Below are positions 38,807 to 48,558 of a stretch of 64,000 nucleotides of DNA, in pieces (positions within the stretch are counted from its first letter, which is position 1; the number at the start of each line of letters is the position of its first letter). The notes under the pieces are model-generated. The model saw nothing but the letters and a program-made list of their open reading frames with translations. It made no database searches and was not told the origin of the DNA. The stretch lies in the NCBI GenBank assembly GCA_963748815.1, contig CAVVKJ010000019.1, positions 25,921 through 89,920 of the forward strand, written 5' to 3'. Source of the stretch: an uncultured Gemmatimonadales bacterium (GTDB taxonomy: Bacteria; Gemmatimonadota; Gemmatimonadetes; Gemmatimonadales; GWC2-71-9). Both the position numbers and the translations under genes were made by a program.

Positions 38807-39073
38807 CCGGCCGTGGGCTCAGCCGGGGGGAAGCACAAGATGAATGCGAGAGAATTGCCGGTATTCCTCAACATTGCACGAATAGTTGGCAAAAACGCCA
38901 AAAAGCAGCGGTTTCCACGGCTTTTTGCTCATTTCTTGCTCGACATTCCCACAATTGCCTACTGCCGGGACGCACCGGCTCGCACCCAGACACACCCGGA
39001 CGAGAGTACTGACGCCCCTGTCACGCCCCCACCCTACCTTGGGACTCTGACAATTGTACCTCAAGCAGGATAG
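38807..39073. promoter_or_regulatory. AT-rich divergent control region between the HEPN operon and the nuclease-helicase operon
   Basis: G+C is locally much lower (for example 'CAACATTGCACGAATAGTTGGCAAAAACGCCAAAAAGC', 'CTTTTTGCTCATTTCTTGCTCGACATT'). It shares words with the AT-rich modules at 29.1, 29.8 and 63.4 kb. No promoter consensus verified. Confidence 0.3.
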
Positions 39074-39373
39074 CTCCGGGGAACCTCAACGCCACAGCAC
39101 CCCCGCCGTGAGCAGATCATCGGCAGGTTCCACACGGTCGAGGAGCTGATGAATCTCCCCCAGGCCGCCCCGGTCAAGCTCTCGATGGGCAGGGAGGAAT
39201 TGTTCGAACTGCAGGCCATGAACATCGAGATCCACCAGGCCAACCAGATGGAGTGTGCTCCGGAGGATGCCCGTCAGAACGCGATCCTCACGGAGCGGCG
39301 GCAGCTGGGGATCGACTGGCTGAGCCAGCGGGTGGAGGATAGCTTGAGGAGAAGTCGGCGCAGGCGACCCTGA
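39074..39373 (+). CDS. hypothetical small protein, paralogue of 32580-32945
   Basis: The frame is open from 39074. The first ATG (39149) falls inside the conserved 'FHTVEELMNLP' block, so the true start is upstream/non-canonical or lost. Confidence 0.45.
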   Translation, partial: LRGTSTPQHPRREQIIGRFHTVEELMNLPQAAPVKLSMGREELFELQAMNIEIHQANQMECAPEDARQNAILTERRQLGIDWLSQRVEDSLRRSRRRRP

Positions 39374-39392
39374 TGCATTTCCGGAGCCCCAT

Positions 39393-42300
39393 GGAACAGC
39401 CACAACTCGCCTGGATTGCCAACTTCATCTGGGGCATCGCGGACGATAGTCGAGCGGTGGGGGGATTGTCGGCGGAGAGTATCGATTGAGTCACATTTCT
39501 CTCAACGCAGTCGTCAAGAGCGACCTGCAAGAGATTGTGCTGAGGATCGTTAGGCTCCGGGATGAGCCGAGTGACCTTCAGGCGCGCCTCCTCGGGCTTC
39601 GTCAGCAGTTTGAGCGGGCCATTCGACTTCTCGTTCTTGATCCAACGAGGGCATTCCCCGATCACTTCGAGCGCCTCTGCTACGTTTCGCAAAAGCACTC
39701 GCTCTCGACAGATCTCGTTACCCAGCTGCAGCGGACTCGAATCAGGCTCAACAAGATCGTCCATGAGGTTAGTGCGAATCCGAGTGAACAAGACGTTTCC
39801 GAAACCGCGGCCGTGTTGCTCGCCCTGCTCCACGTGTTCGGACTCGCCCCAACGCCAGCACGAACAGCTCCACCACCACCTCCCACCACGCAACTCGCTC
39901 CGCCGGCTCTTCCTCGCACAAGGATCCGGCCGGCCGAGGGAACTACCCCATCGCCGCCGTCGATCGGCGTCACTGGACGAGAAAGCGTCCCTGTCTCAAC
40001 CACGCCTCCAACTGTTGGCGGACGGACAGCTGTCGCATTCGCGCGAGTCTTCGTCCTGGAGGTGGGTACTGCAGGCAAAGAGGGCCACAAGAGCCTCCGC
40101 TGCAGACACGAAGACTTTGACGACCTTCTCACGGTCGAGCTACACATCCCGTGGGCCGATACTGATGTGGTGTCCTTCTCAACGCTTGCGTTGCACACAG
40201 TAGAGCAGGTGTCGCCATTGCTCTGGCGCACCACCGCCGAGAGTTTCGTTGTTCTGGAACCGGACGTACTTGTGCAGGCTACCGACATCGCGACCTGTTT
40301 CCAATCGAGCCCTCCCAGCCACCTCCTCTATGTCTCCTCGCTGCTGAACTCGGTGCAACAAACCCGCCCGATGGCACAGGGCATCGTCGCCAATACCACC
40401 TTCAACATGCTCCTTGCTGAGAACGATGGTACGCCTCCGGAGTCTCTTCTCGCTCGGGCATGTGATGCTCACGCTGAGGCACTTGGCAGCTTACCGGGCG
40501 AGGTGGATGCCGATGTCCGACGCGCCATCCGCACGGACCACCTCGAGGCCCTGACTGAGATCGCGGCACGGCTTCGCAAGCATCACATTACGGTCGAGCC
40601 GGCTCTATTCACATCTCAGTTTGGTTTGCAGGGCCGCCCCGACGTCCTTGTTGAGCGCGATCAGTCATCCAGCTACGTGGTGGACTTGAAGACCGGGAAG
40701 CCCCCGAGAGAAGATGCGGACCCGGAATGGCCGGCGATGGAAGGCGTGAGAGGCTCCTACGCCAAGGAGGCTGCCCAGTTGGTGTGTTACGACCTTCTGC
40801 TGGCCGGTCGAGGTCCCACTGGGCCAACGCATTATCTCTTCTACTCGGCAGCTGGCGCCAAAGCCGGGGTGCGGGCTATTCACGTCACGTACGAAGCGCG
40901 GCGTGATGTCATCCGAGCACGTAATCGCATCATCGCGGCTGAGCGGACAGTGCTGCTGCCCCCATCTGCCGAGACCGCCTCGCTGACTATGGCGGGACTG
41001 CCGCCGAGACTCCCGCCCTACGCCCGGGAGTCTCTCTGTTGGCTGTGGCTCGTTACCGAGCCATCTGTAGTCCCGACGCTCCACGTACGGACACCTTTGT
41101 CGGCGACCAGGTGCGTTCGGTCATGCAGCAGACGTGGCGCGCACGACTGGGAGGGGGCACGCAGTATGAAGGATCTGGTTTTGCCTCCCTCTGGCGTGAG
41201 CGTGACCTGATCCTCAAAGCGGCAAGTTTGGGCGTGCTGGCGTTTCTTCGCTACGCAAGAATGGAAACGGTGGACAGAAGACAGCTCTATCATTTCACGC
41301 TCGACGCATCGAAAAGCCAACCCTTTATCACTGCTGAACTTCGCAAAGACGAGCCGATCGTCCTGTACCCTCACCTGGATCGCTACGTCGACCATTGAAC
41401 GGCCCGATCATTAAGGGTCGACTGAAGCTCGTCGAGCTTGGTGCCGCCGAGCCGCGGGTTGTAGTGGAGTGTTACAGCGCCACCGCCGAGGCGCTACTTC
41501 CGCGGCACGCACATTGGGCTATTGAGCGCGACTATCTCGAGTCGAGCGGCCGCGCCGCATTTCCGGGGCTCGCCCGGCTGCTGTCCATCGATCCCAATCG
41601 GTTGTCCCTCCTTCTCGGTGACCGAGCTCCCCTAGGCCCAGCGCCGACACTCGCCTCGACAACCACCGGTGCAGGGACCACGCTTCAACAGATCGCCGTC
41701 GCTGCCGCCGAGTCCCAAGAGTATTTCCTGAATTCAAGGCCCACCCGGAACGGGAAAGACGAGCACGTTACTCCCAGCCATCGTCAAGCTTGTGCTTGAT
41801 GAGCGACGCACACCGGTGCTACTCCTCGCCGATGAGTAATCGAGCTGTGGACGAGATGCGGGCGGCAATGAGCAGGCATCATTTCGTGCTTGATCCTTTC
41901 CGTGAGGATCGGCTGAGCGCGCCGGAATCGCCAAGCGCACCCGGTGGGGCCAGTATTGTCTTTCGAGAACGATTGGCAAAGACCGAGGTGTACGCCATGA
42001 CGGTTGCCCAGGCGCAGAAGCGCCATGCTTGGCTGGAGGCGATGGCGTTTGACACCGTAGTCGTGGACGAGGCCTCGCAGTTGCTCGACAGCCAGTTACG
42101 GGGGATCCTCAGCACCGCAACACGATTTGTGCTGATTGGCGATCAGCGACAGTTGCCACCTATCCAGCCCGCTGTGGCGGATGCTGATGGTGAGTCCGAG
42201 GGTGGCGAGGTCAAGCCTTCGACATTTGAGCGCTTGCTGGACAAGATGCACTAGCGAGCGGGTGGGACTACGCGTATGGCATGCTCGAAGAGCAGTGGCG

Positions 42301-42956
42301 CATGCACGAAGAGATCCAGGCGTTTCCAAGCGCAGCCTGCTATGGGGGGCGGCTCCGCATCGGTCAGCCAGTGAGGCAGCGTGCCAGAGAGTGGGTGCGG
42401 TTGAGGCCATGGGCAGACAGCACCCGTAGGGACCCTATTCGCCCACCGCGTGGCGTTCGTGTCGGTCCCGGATGATCATGCACAGGAGGTACGGTCAAAC
42501 TACCGTGAAGTGGAAGTCATCGGTCGTGTAATCGACGAGCTTTGTAGTGAGCTGGGCATCACTCCTGGCTCCATGCCGCAAGCCGCTGATGCTACTCTTG
42601 GCGTAATTGCGCCATTTCGAGCCCAGGTAGCTGCCATCAGCCGTCGCCTTCATGAATGGCGGCACTGGGTGAAGGTGGATACCGTGGAGCGCTTTCAGGG
42701 GAGCGAACGCGATGTCATGGTGATCTCCATGACAGCTGACAATGCGCAGGAGCGGACGATGGCCCAGAGTATGTCCGCGGACGGCCTCATTGATCGGAAG
42801 CTGAACGTCGCCATCACGCGTGCCAGAGAACATTTGATCGTCGTTGGGCACGAACCGACCATGGCAGGTGGGGCATTCACGGCGCAGTTCTTGGAGCATG
42901 TGAGACAGTATGGGACGTTTGTGACCGCCAAGGAGCTTGGCCTCAATGGCGGATGA
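39393..42956 (+). pseudogene. very large Cas4/Dna2-like PD-(D/E)XK nuclease + SF1B (Dna2/NAM7, AAA_11/AAA_12) helicase with an N-terminal DUF4145/HEPN-like domain; at least 6 frame changes
   Basis: Pieces: 39393-39486 'MEQPQLAWIANFIWGIADD'. 39486-41210 ('TRIRLNKIVHE', Pro-rich linker, 'GLQGRPDVLVE..YVVDLKTGK..QLVCYDLLL'). 41039-41398. 41395-41799 (Walker A 'GPPGTGKT' out of frame at about 41,740). 41790-42254 ('SNRAVDEM', 'VVVDEASQ', 'LIGDQRQLPP'). 42281-42475 ('EEQWRMHEEI'). 42450-42956 ('VDTVERFQGSERDVMVIS', 'NVAITRAREHLIVVG'). Confidence 0.8.
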
Positions 42957-43308
42957 TATGCTGGTGGCATTCGTGGCGGGGTTACGCCGGCAACTCCTGG
43001 ATAGCCCCAAGGGCTTCAGTGATCCAGCGGACCGAGCGAGCAGGCCGCTCAAAGGTTGGTGGAGCGAATACTTCGATGAACAGGACTCGGACGGACTGCT
43101 ACTGGAATTGGCTAGCCGTGGAGAGACTTTGTCGATGGTCTTGTACCGCGTGGCAGAAGCTCACCTGCGCAACGGTCGCGTTCTGGGCACTACGGAACGG
43201 CCACTGTCGTGTGAGTACGAACAACTGGGAGTAGGCGTTGGTAGATACTGCTCGCGAGCGGTGCGGGCGTGCCTGCAGCGCGAGCTTGGAGTTGTAGAAC
43301 CTCAATAG
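42946..43308 (+). CDS. hypothetical protein
   Basis: ATG 42946 overlaps the helicase stop by 11 nt. 120 aa. No motif recognised. Confidence 0.4.
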   Translation: MADDMLVAFVAGLRRQLLDSPKGFSDPADRASRPLKGWWSEYFDEQDSDGLLLELASRGETLSMVLYRVAEAHLRNGRVLGTTERPLSCEYEQLGVGVGRYCSRAVRACLQRELGVVEPQ

Positions 43309-43487
43309 AGGCCGCGACCCCAGCACACAGACTCCACGACCGTACTCGAAGTGGAAGGAATTCCTAGCGGGTCACTGGTGGCCGCACCACCGGGGCGGCC
43401 CACACGCCACCTATCCGCGTCCACTGATGTCATGCCTGATGTGGGGACCTCTATGCCTAGGGGACCCACCGACCCCGGCGAGATCTC

Positions 43488-44168
43488 CTACGCCATGAAC
43501 CGCTGATCACCCCGGGCCCAACCCGTATATAGCCGGGTCACGCCGAGTGTGGCCAACGGCACGACGGAGCCTGGCTCGGCATCCGCACCGAAGAGCTTCA
43601 GGAATGCCGCAAAGTCCGAGTAACCTGCATCCTGTGTGCTGAACGAGTGAACGAGCAGAATGGCCAGGGGCGCATGGTAGCGATGAGCTGCCAACACTGC
43701 CGATGCCGCCCGGTGAAATAGCTGGTAGCGCAGGGTAGGATCCTGGTCTTCGTCCAAGCCGAGCGTGGCGCAGAGGAAGCTCCAGCGGACTTGTTTCCCG
43801 TTCGATGCGTCTTTCCGCCACTCGCCTAACGTGGGCCCAAACGTCTCAGCGACTTTCCCCTCGACCGCCATGGCAAAGGCGCCGCCCTGCGCTCGGCCCA
43901 AAACCATAACATCGGTCTGCGATGGCCGATCGCCTCCTGGGAGGGCCGTCTCATACTCCGGGACAGCGAGATATGGAGCAGGGTTCGAGAGGGCACCGTC
44001 TGGCGCGGATCCAAGGGCAGCGGAAACTTCAGGCGGTAGGCCATCCGCCGCCTCCCAGCATAGCGCCAACGCCTTCGCGGAATACCCGGTCTTCCAGTGT
44101 TTCTCGGGGTCGGCCAGGTATGGCTTCCAGTCGTCAGGTCCAACGGTGCATGCGAGGATTCTCGACAT
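43488..44168 (-). CDS. conserved hypothetical protein (DUF6946-like, from memory), last gene of the restriction island
   Basis: 'HWKTGYSAKALALCWE', 'LAVPEYETALPGGDRPSQTDVMVLG', 'AVEGKVAETFGP', 'LRYQLFHRAASAVL', 'ILLVHSFS'. The D..E-x-K spacing is compatible with a PD-(D/E)XK core. Confidence 0.6.
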   Translation of the reverse strand: MSRILACTVGPDDWKPYLADPEKHWKTGYSAKALALCWEAADGLPPEVSAALGSAPDGALSNPAPYLAVPEYETALPGGDRPSQTDVMVLGRAQGGAFAMAVEGKVAETFGPTLGEWRKDASNGKQVRWSFLCATLGLDEDQDPTLRYQLFHRAASAVLAAHRYHAPLAILLVHSFSTQDAGYSDFAAFLKLFGADAEPGSVVPLATLGVTRLYTGWARGDQRFMA

Positions 44169-44212
44169 ATCTGCCCCTGGTGAAAGTCACATGCGACGAC
44201 CCGATCGACTAC

Positions 44213-45166
44213 TTAAGGCTTGAGTTCCTGCATGAGCCCTGACTGCCAACCTTCATACCTTCCATCGCGCACCTTTCCGAAAAAGCTCGTGTAGTCTTCC
44301 GGGGACAGGAAATAGAAATGGTAGCGCCACTCTTCGTTCGTATCCTTCAGCCGTTGGTTCAGTGTCTCGAAGTGCTTCACGCCATCTCGGAGCTTTGCCT
44401 TGTTGCGGTTGGAATCATCTCCCTCCGCCTTGATCTCGACGACAAGAATATCATGCCCACCACTGACCCTTAAGAAGAAGTCCGGATTGAAGTTCTCGTT
44501 TGAAACATGCGTCTTTGCGGCCTTGGCTGGTTTATAGGAATACGGGAATGAATAGCCACCAGTGTTAGGCATCTTTACAAAGGCATCAAACAACTTGCCG
44601 TTCTCAAACAGGAGGTCAGAGAACTTGCGCTCTGGCTCATGACTGGCGTAGTGGACGTTCCAGGGCGACTTGAACGCGCTGACGTCCACTTGATGAATCC
44701 GACCTCCGACGGCCTTCGCCTGGTCAGAGGCATCATCTCCGTATTCCGCGCACATTCTTACAAACCTCTGATACTGTTCCCAGAGATGGACTTCGTGGCC
44801 GGTGAACGGTTTGGTGTCTCCATCCACAGCGTAAAGCACACCATCTTCCTTGAGCATGCTTTCGGAGAATGACTGCCGCGCTAAGGCACTCAGGTCCACC
44901 GGGACGAGCTCCCGCCCCGTCTGGCTCATTCGTGGATGCTGCTTGCCCAATTCCCGAAACATCGGGCCGAAGCCCTGCTGAAGGCGCAGCAAGTTTTCCT
45001 TGCTTAAGAACGTTGCGTCTTGCCCCGCGGCTCTGAGCCTTGCCACAATGAACTCGTGCAGCCGCTTCTTCGGCCAGGCTGCGCCCAGCCTAGCGTCCTT
45101 TTCTCGCAGGAAGAGCCGCAACAGTCTCGCAGCATCTTCGATGCTCCAGTATATCGTCATGTTCAA
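44213..45166 (-). CDS. res: type III restriction enzyme Res, C-terminal endonuclease part
   Basis: 'NPDFFLRVSGGHDILVVEIKAEGDD' is a PD-(D/E)XK motif. It overlaps the helicase ORF by 77 nt in another frame, and the frame is open only from a TGA just upstream of the ATG. Confidence 0.7.
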   Translation of the reverse strand: MNMTIYWSIEDAARLLRLFLREKDARLGAAWPKKRLHEFIVARLRAAGQDATFLSKENLLRLQQGFGPMFRELGKQHPRMSQTGRELVPVDLSALARQSFSESMLKEDGVLYAVDGDTKPFTGHEVHLWEQYQRFVRMCAEYGDDASDQAKAVGGRIHQVDVSAFKSPWNVHYASHEPERKFSDLLFENGKLFDAFVKMPNTGGYSFPYSYKPAKAAKTHVSNENFNPDFFLRVSGGHDILVVEIKAEGDDSNRNKAKLRDGVKHFETLNQRLKDTNEEWRYHFYFLSPEDYTSFFGKVRDGRYEGWQSGLMQELKP

Positions 45167-46799
45167 TCTCGACCGCCAGCCTCCCAGTCACGGAGAAGGT
45201 GGAGTACTCCGTCGTTGCGCGGTCCTGGGGCATGAATGTCACATCCGGCTCCTTCGCCCGTTCCCGCTTCGTCTCCACAGTCGTCTGCTCCGGCTCATAA
45301 CGCAGATTGTGTAACGGAAAGAGATACTTGCTGCGACGTTGGTCGAAACCCCACGTAAGGGTATTCTCCACCTCGAGCACTTCCTTGAGCAGATTCCCAA
45401 CTTCCTCAGACCATGCTTCGTGGTTGTTGATGGTGACCAAGGGCTGCGCGCTCAGGCCTGGCGGCACCCGCAAACCACGTCCAAGTACCTGTGCGATCAA
45501 CAATTTGGAGGAAAATGCCCGTGATTCGTGCGGCACGATTTGAAAGATATTCTTGACGTCCCAGCCTTCGGTAAGCATGGAGACTGAAACGATCCACTCC
45601 ACAGGGCTTCCCGGCTCGTCGACCTGCTTGAGCATGGCCAGGTTCTCCATCCGTCGCTTTTCCGGAGAATCCTTGGCATCACGGGGGCAATGGGCTGCCT
45701 CCACCCTCGCCTTCCCGGCACCAGACGGCACACCAGACGTCACCCATATCGCCTTGTTGGTCGCTTCCTCACGCGTGATCTTCTCCTTCTTCATGAGGAA
45801 GTCCACCAGTTCCCTCCAGACCTCCACACACCTGGCAATCTCCTGGGTGACGACAATCGACATCGGCTTCACTAGCTTGCCGTAGTCCTTTTGATTCTGC
45901 TGATGAATAGCGTATGTCTTGCGCCAATCATGATTGGTGTAGGTGTCTTCCAGTTTGTAGTTTGGCTTCTTGACGACCTTGTCGGCGATGGCCTGCTTCA
46001 AGCCATAACGAAAAACGACATCGGGGAAGTAGTCGTCGACTATATATGGTGTGCCGGAAACGTTCACGATCTGTCGGAAGCTGAACTCCTCGTGCTGCAA
46101 GAACTTCATCCATTCCTTCAAACCCTTGTCTGGCGGGCTGAACAGGTGATGCGCCTCGTCGTTCAATACCAGCGTACGCCCACCGCGCCCCCGGAGGCTA
46201 TCTCGGATAGACGAGCCAGTATTCTCGTACACCGCGTGGATATTTTCCACGCAAATGTCGCCTGCATGAATGGTCTCGTTGCCGTGCTTGATGGCGGGAA
46301 TGGCCACCGCGGCGCCAAGTTCTTGCATGATGCCGGAGAGCTCGCCAGTCCCTGCCAGCGAAGTGAACTTCTCCAACAGCCCCTCTTCAATGGTGAGCGA
46401 CGGGCACAGGACCAAGACCCGGTCCACGAGCCCCTCGGCCAGGGCTATGGCCGCCAGAGCATACATCACAAAGCTCTTGCCAGATCCGGTTGCAAGGTCC
46501 AGCGACACCGACTTCCGGTCCCGGAGGGGCATCTTGCTGAGGTAAGCATCAATGCTCTCATGCCGTTGCTGAATCGGCTCGCGCTTGTTCCAATTCTCCC
46601 GTGCAAGCTGCTCGAGGTTCGAATACTTGTCTGAGACAAGGAATCGAAGGACCTCACGGACAGCGTCGCGCTGGAATGCATATTGATCGGCGCAGAGCAT
46701 GTTTAGGAAGGCGTCGTACTTGTGGATCACTGCCTCTGTGGAGTCGCGGCTATCGTCCACCAATAGGACCTGATCGGCAATGCGGAATTGGAGGCTCAT
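45090..46799 (-). CDS. res: type III restriction enzyme Res, SF2 helicase/translocase part
   Basis: ATG 46799. 'DLATGSGKSFV' (Walker A), 'LVLNDEAHHLF' (DEAH), 'VSGTPY', 'MLTEGWDVKNIF', 'QVLGRGLR'. Confidence 0.85.
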   Translation of the reverse strand: MSLQFRIADQVLLVDDSRDSTEAVIHKYDAFLNMLCADQYAFQRDAVREVLRFLVSDKYSNLEQLARENWNKREPIQQRHESIDAYLSKMPLRDRKSVSLDLATGSGKSFVMYALAAIALAEGLVDRVLVLCPSLTIEEGLLEKFTSLAGTGELSGIMQELGAAVAIPAIKHGNETIHAGDICVENIHAVYENTGSSIRDSLRGRGGRTLVLNDEAHHLFSPPDKGLKEWMKFLQHEEFSFRQIVNVSGTPYIVDDYFPDVVFRYGLKQAIADKVVKKPNYKLEDTYTNHDWRKTYAIHQQNQKDYGKLVKPMSIVVTQEIARCVEVWRELVDFLMKKEKITREEATNKAIWVTSGVPSGAGKARVEAAHCPRDAKDSPEKRRMENLAMLKQVDEPGSPVEWIVSVSMLTEGWDVKNIFQIVPHESRAFSSKLLIAQVLGRGLRVPPGLSAQPLVTINNHEAWSEEVGNLLKEVLEVENTLTWGFDQRRSKYLFPLHNLRYEPEQTTVETKRERAKEPDVTFMPQDRATTEYSTFSVTGRLAVEIEHDDILEHRRCCETVAALPARKGR

Positions 46800-46836
46800 G
46801 TTGCCCTACGCCCCTTTCGTGCCCCCGCCTTCTTCT

Positions 46837-48417
46837 TCACGGTCTTTGTAGGCTTGCGACGCGGCGCGCCCTCAAAGTCCCCTCTTTCAGCAGCAGCGCC
46901 TTCTCATTTCCATACCGGTCGCAGAGAATCATCATCATCTGCTTCCCGCTGAAGTCCGCCTCCGCGACTCGCAGTTGCAGCCGCTGCGCGCCTTCCAGCC
47001 CACCAGCTGCCTTGACTATGTCCTCTCCCCACAGCACGTGGCTCAACCGAAAGACGTTTCCGTCGTAGTGGGTATCGACCATGGCCATGGAAAATGTCTC
47101 GAAGTTGCGGAAATCCTCGGGGTCGGTCGCCAGCGTCTGGGCCCGGAATTCCGTGATCTCCAGGACAAAGTCAGCAAACAACTCACCAGGTAGTGCTTCT
47201 TTCTTTGCCTTCCAGGCCACTTGAGGTTGCGAGATGAAGTCGAAGCCTACAGCATCGATCACCTCATTCACAGCGGCTTCACTTGTCGGTTGCTTTAGTG
47301 CGGCTGGCATGCCCTTCTCGATCAGCCGGAGCAGTACCGAGACTGGAACCTTGAGGAAGACATACGTCGTGTCGCCCCTTGTCACCTCGTCTTCCGCAAA
47401 GTCCATCGATATCACGGGAGCAATGACATAGAATCGCTCAGCCGTCTTGCCGCGCAGGGTGCGGTGGAGGTCATCCACGTAGGCGTGGTCTAGCGTGAGC
47501 GCCGGAAAGTCCGGATAGTTCCACAGCAGCACCGAATGGGTGCCGATGTACCCATCGAGCGCCAACCCATAGCGCGTGTGGGGATGCTCCCTGACGCCAA
47601 AGAGCTTCAGCACGAATGGCCTGTAGTCCACCCACGGCAGCCCTTTGATGGTCTCCATGTCATAGACACCTGCCCGGTAGAGCGCGAACTCCTTCGCTGG
47701 CAACGGCTTGTCCTTGGCGGCCTTGTCCTTCGGCTCAATCACCGAGAGCCTGAATTCCACTCCACCAACCACGATGCGTTTGGCACCTGGCCCGTTCTCA
47801 GGTTCCGTCAACCGGTTCGAGGGGATCCGCATTTTCTCAGCTGGGCAGACCAATGACAATGACGCTCCCTGCTTCACCAAGTTGTGTGTTCCGACGAGGG
47901 TAGCCAAGTCCTTGAGCAGCTCCATCGTGACCTCGCACTCGCCTTTTCGCGCCTTGTCAGTGATGAGAAGGACGCTTGGCGCGCCTTTCAGATGGCCCGC
48001 CCAATCCTCCACTCTCTCGGGCTCGTTGCGGTCGTCCTTCCTCGATGTCCCGATGCTCGAGGTGAGTGAGAACAGGCGCTTCTGTGTGGTATAGATGGCC
48101 AACTTACCGCAATCCATGGCGATCCAGCGCCGCCCCAGCTTCTCCGCGACAGCTGGCGTGGTTCCGCTGCCGGCAAAGCAGTCGAGGACGATATCCCCTT
48201 CGTTTGATGAGGCACAGATGATGCGTTCTGCGAGCTGTTCAGGCTTCTGGGTTGGATAAGCGATGCGCTCTGCGGCTTGGCTGTTGACAGCCTTAATGTC
48301 GGTCCAGATCGACTGGATGGCAGCTCCTTTCTGCTCACTGAGGTAGGCTTTCAAGCGCGGCCACCCTCCCTTCTTTGCTGGCCAATAGATGCGCCCTTCC
48401 TTGTCAAGCCGATCCAA
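46837..48417 (-). CDS. mod: type III DNA methyltransferase Mod, C-terminal part (reading actually continues in frame from 48558)
   Basis: 'YPTQKPEQLAERII', 'VLDCFAGSGTT' (motif I), then about 380 aa of target-recognition/other region. Same frame as ORF 48559-49290. Confidence 0.85.
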   Translation of the reverse strand: MDRLDKEGRIYWPAKKGGWPRLKAYLSEQKGAAIQSIWTDIKAVNSQAAERIAYPTQKPEQLAERIICASSNEGDIVLDCFAGSGTTPAVAEKLGRRWIAMDCGKLAIYTTQKRLFSLTSSIGTSRKDDRNEPERVEDWAGHLKGAPSVLLITDKARKGECEVTMELLKDLATLVGTHNLVKQGASLSLVCPAEKMRIPSNRLTEPENGPGAKRIVVGGVEFRLSVIEPKDKAAKDKPLPAKEFALYRAGVYDMETIKGLPWVDYRPFVLKLFGVREHPHTRYGLALDGYIGTHSVLLWNYPDFPALTLDHAYVDDLHRTLRGKTAERFYVIAPVISMDFAEDEVTRGDTTYVFLKVPVSVLLRLIEKGMPAALKQPTSEAAVNEVIDAVGFDFISQPQVAWKAKKEALPGELFADFVLEITEFRAQTLATDPEDFRNFETFSMAMVDTHYDGNVFRLSHVLWGEDIVKAAGGLEGAQRLQLRVAEADFSGKQMMMILCDRYGNEKALLLKEGTLRARRVASLQRP

Positions 48418-48558
48418 CTCCTTATTTGCAAACTTCCAGTGATTGCCTTTCGCTCCCGGGATGAACCCACGCCAAGGGCTTCCCGATGAGCCATTTCGGA
48501 GCCCAGCCTGAGTCGCGTCAATCGTTGCGAAGCGGCGTCCGTCAGCTTCACTGTAAGT

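Noticed and set aside
39393-39486. HsdM/type I methylase N-terminus ('LAWIANFIWGIADD')
   Set aside because: Only about 20 residues resemble the HsdM_N helix and no methyltransferase motifs follow. I treat it as the probable N-terminal helix of the nuclease-helicase.
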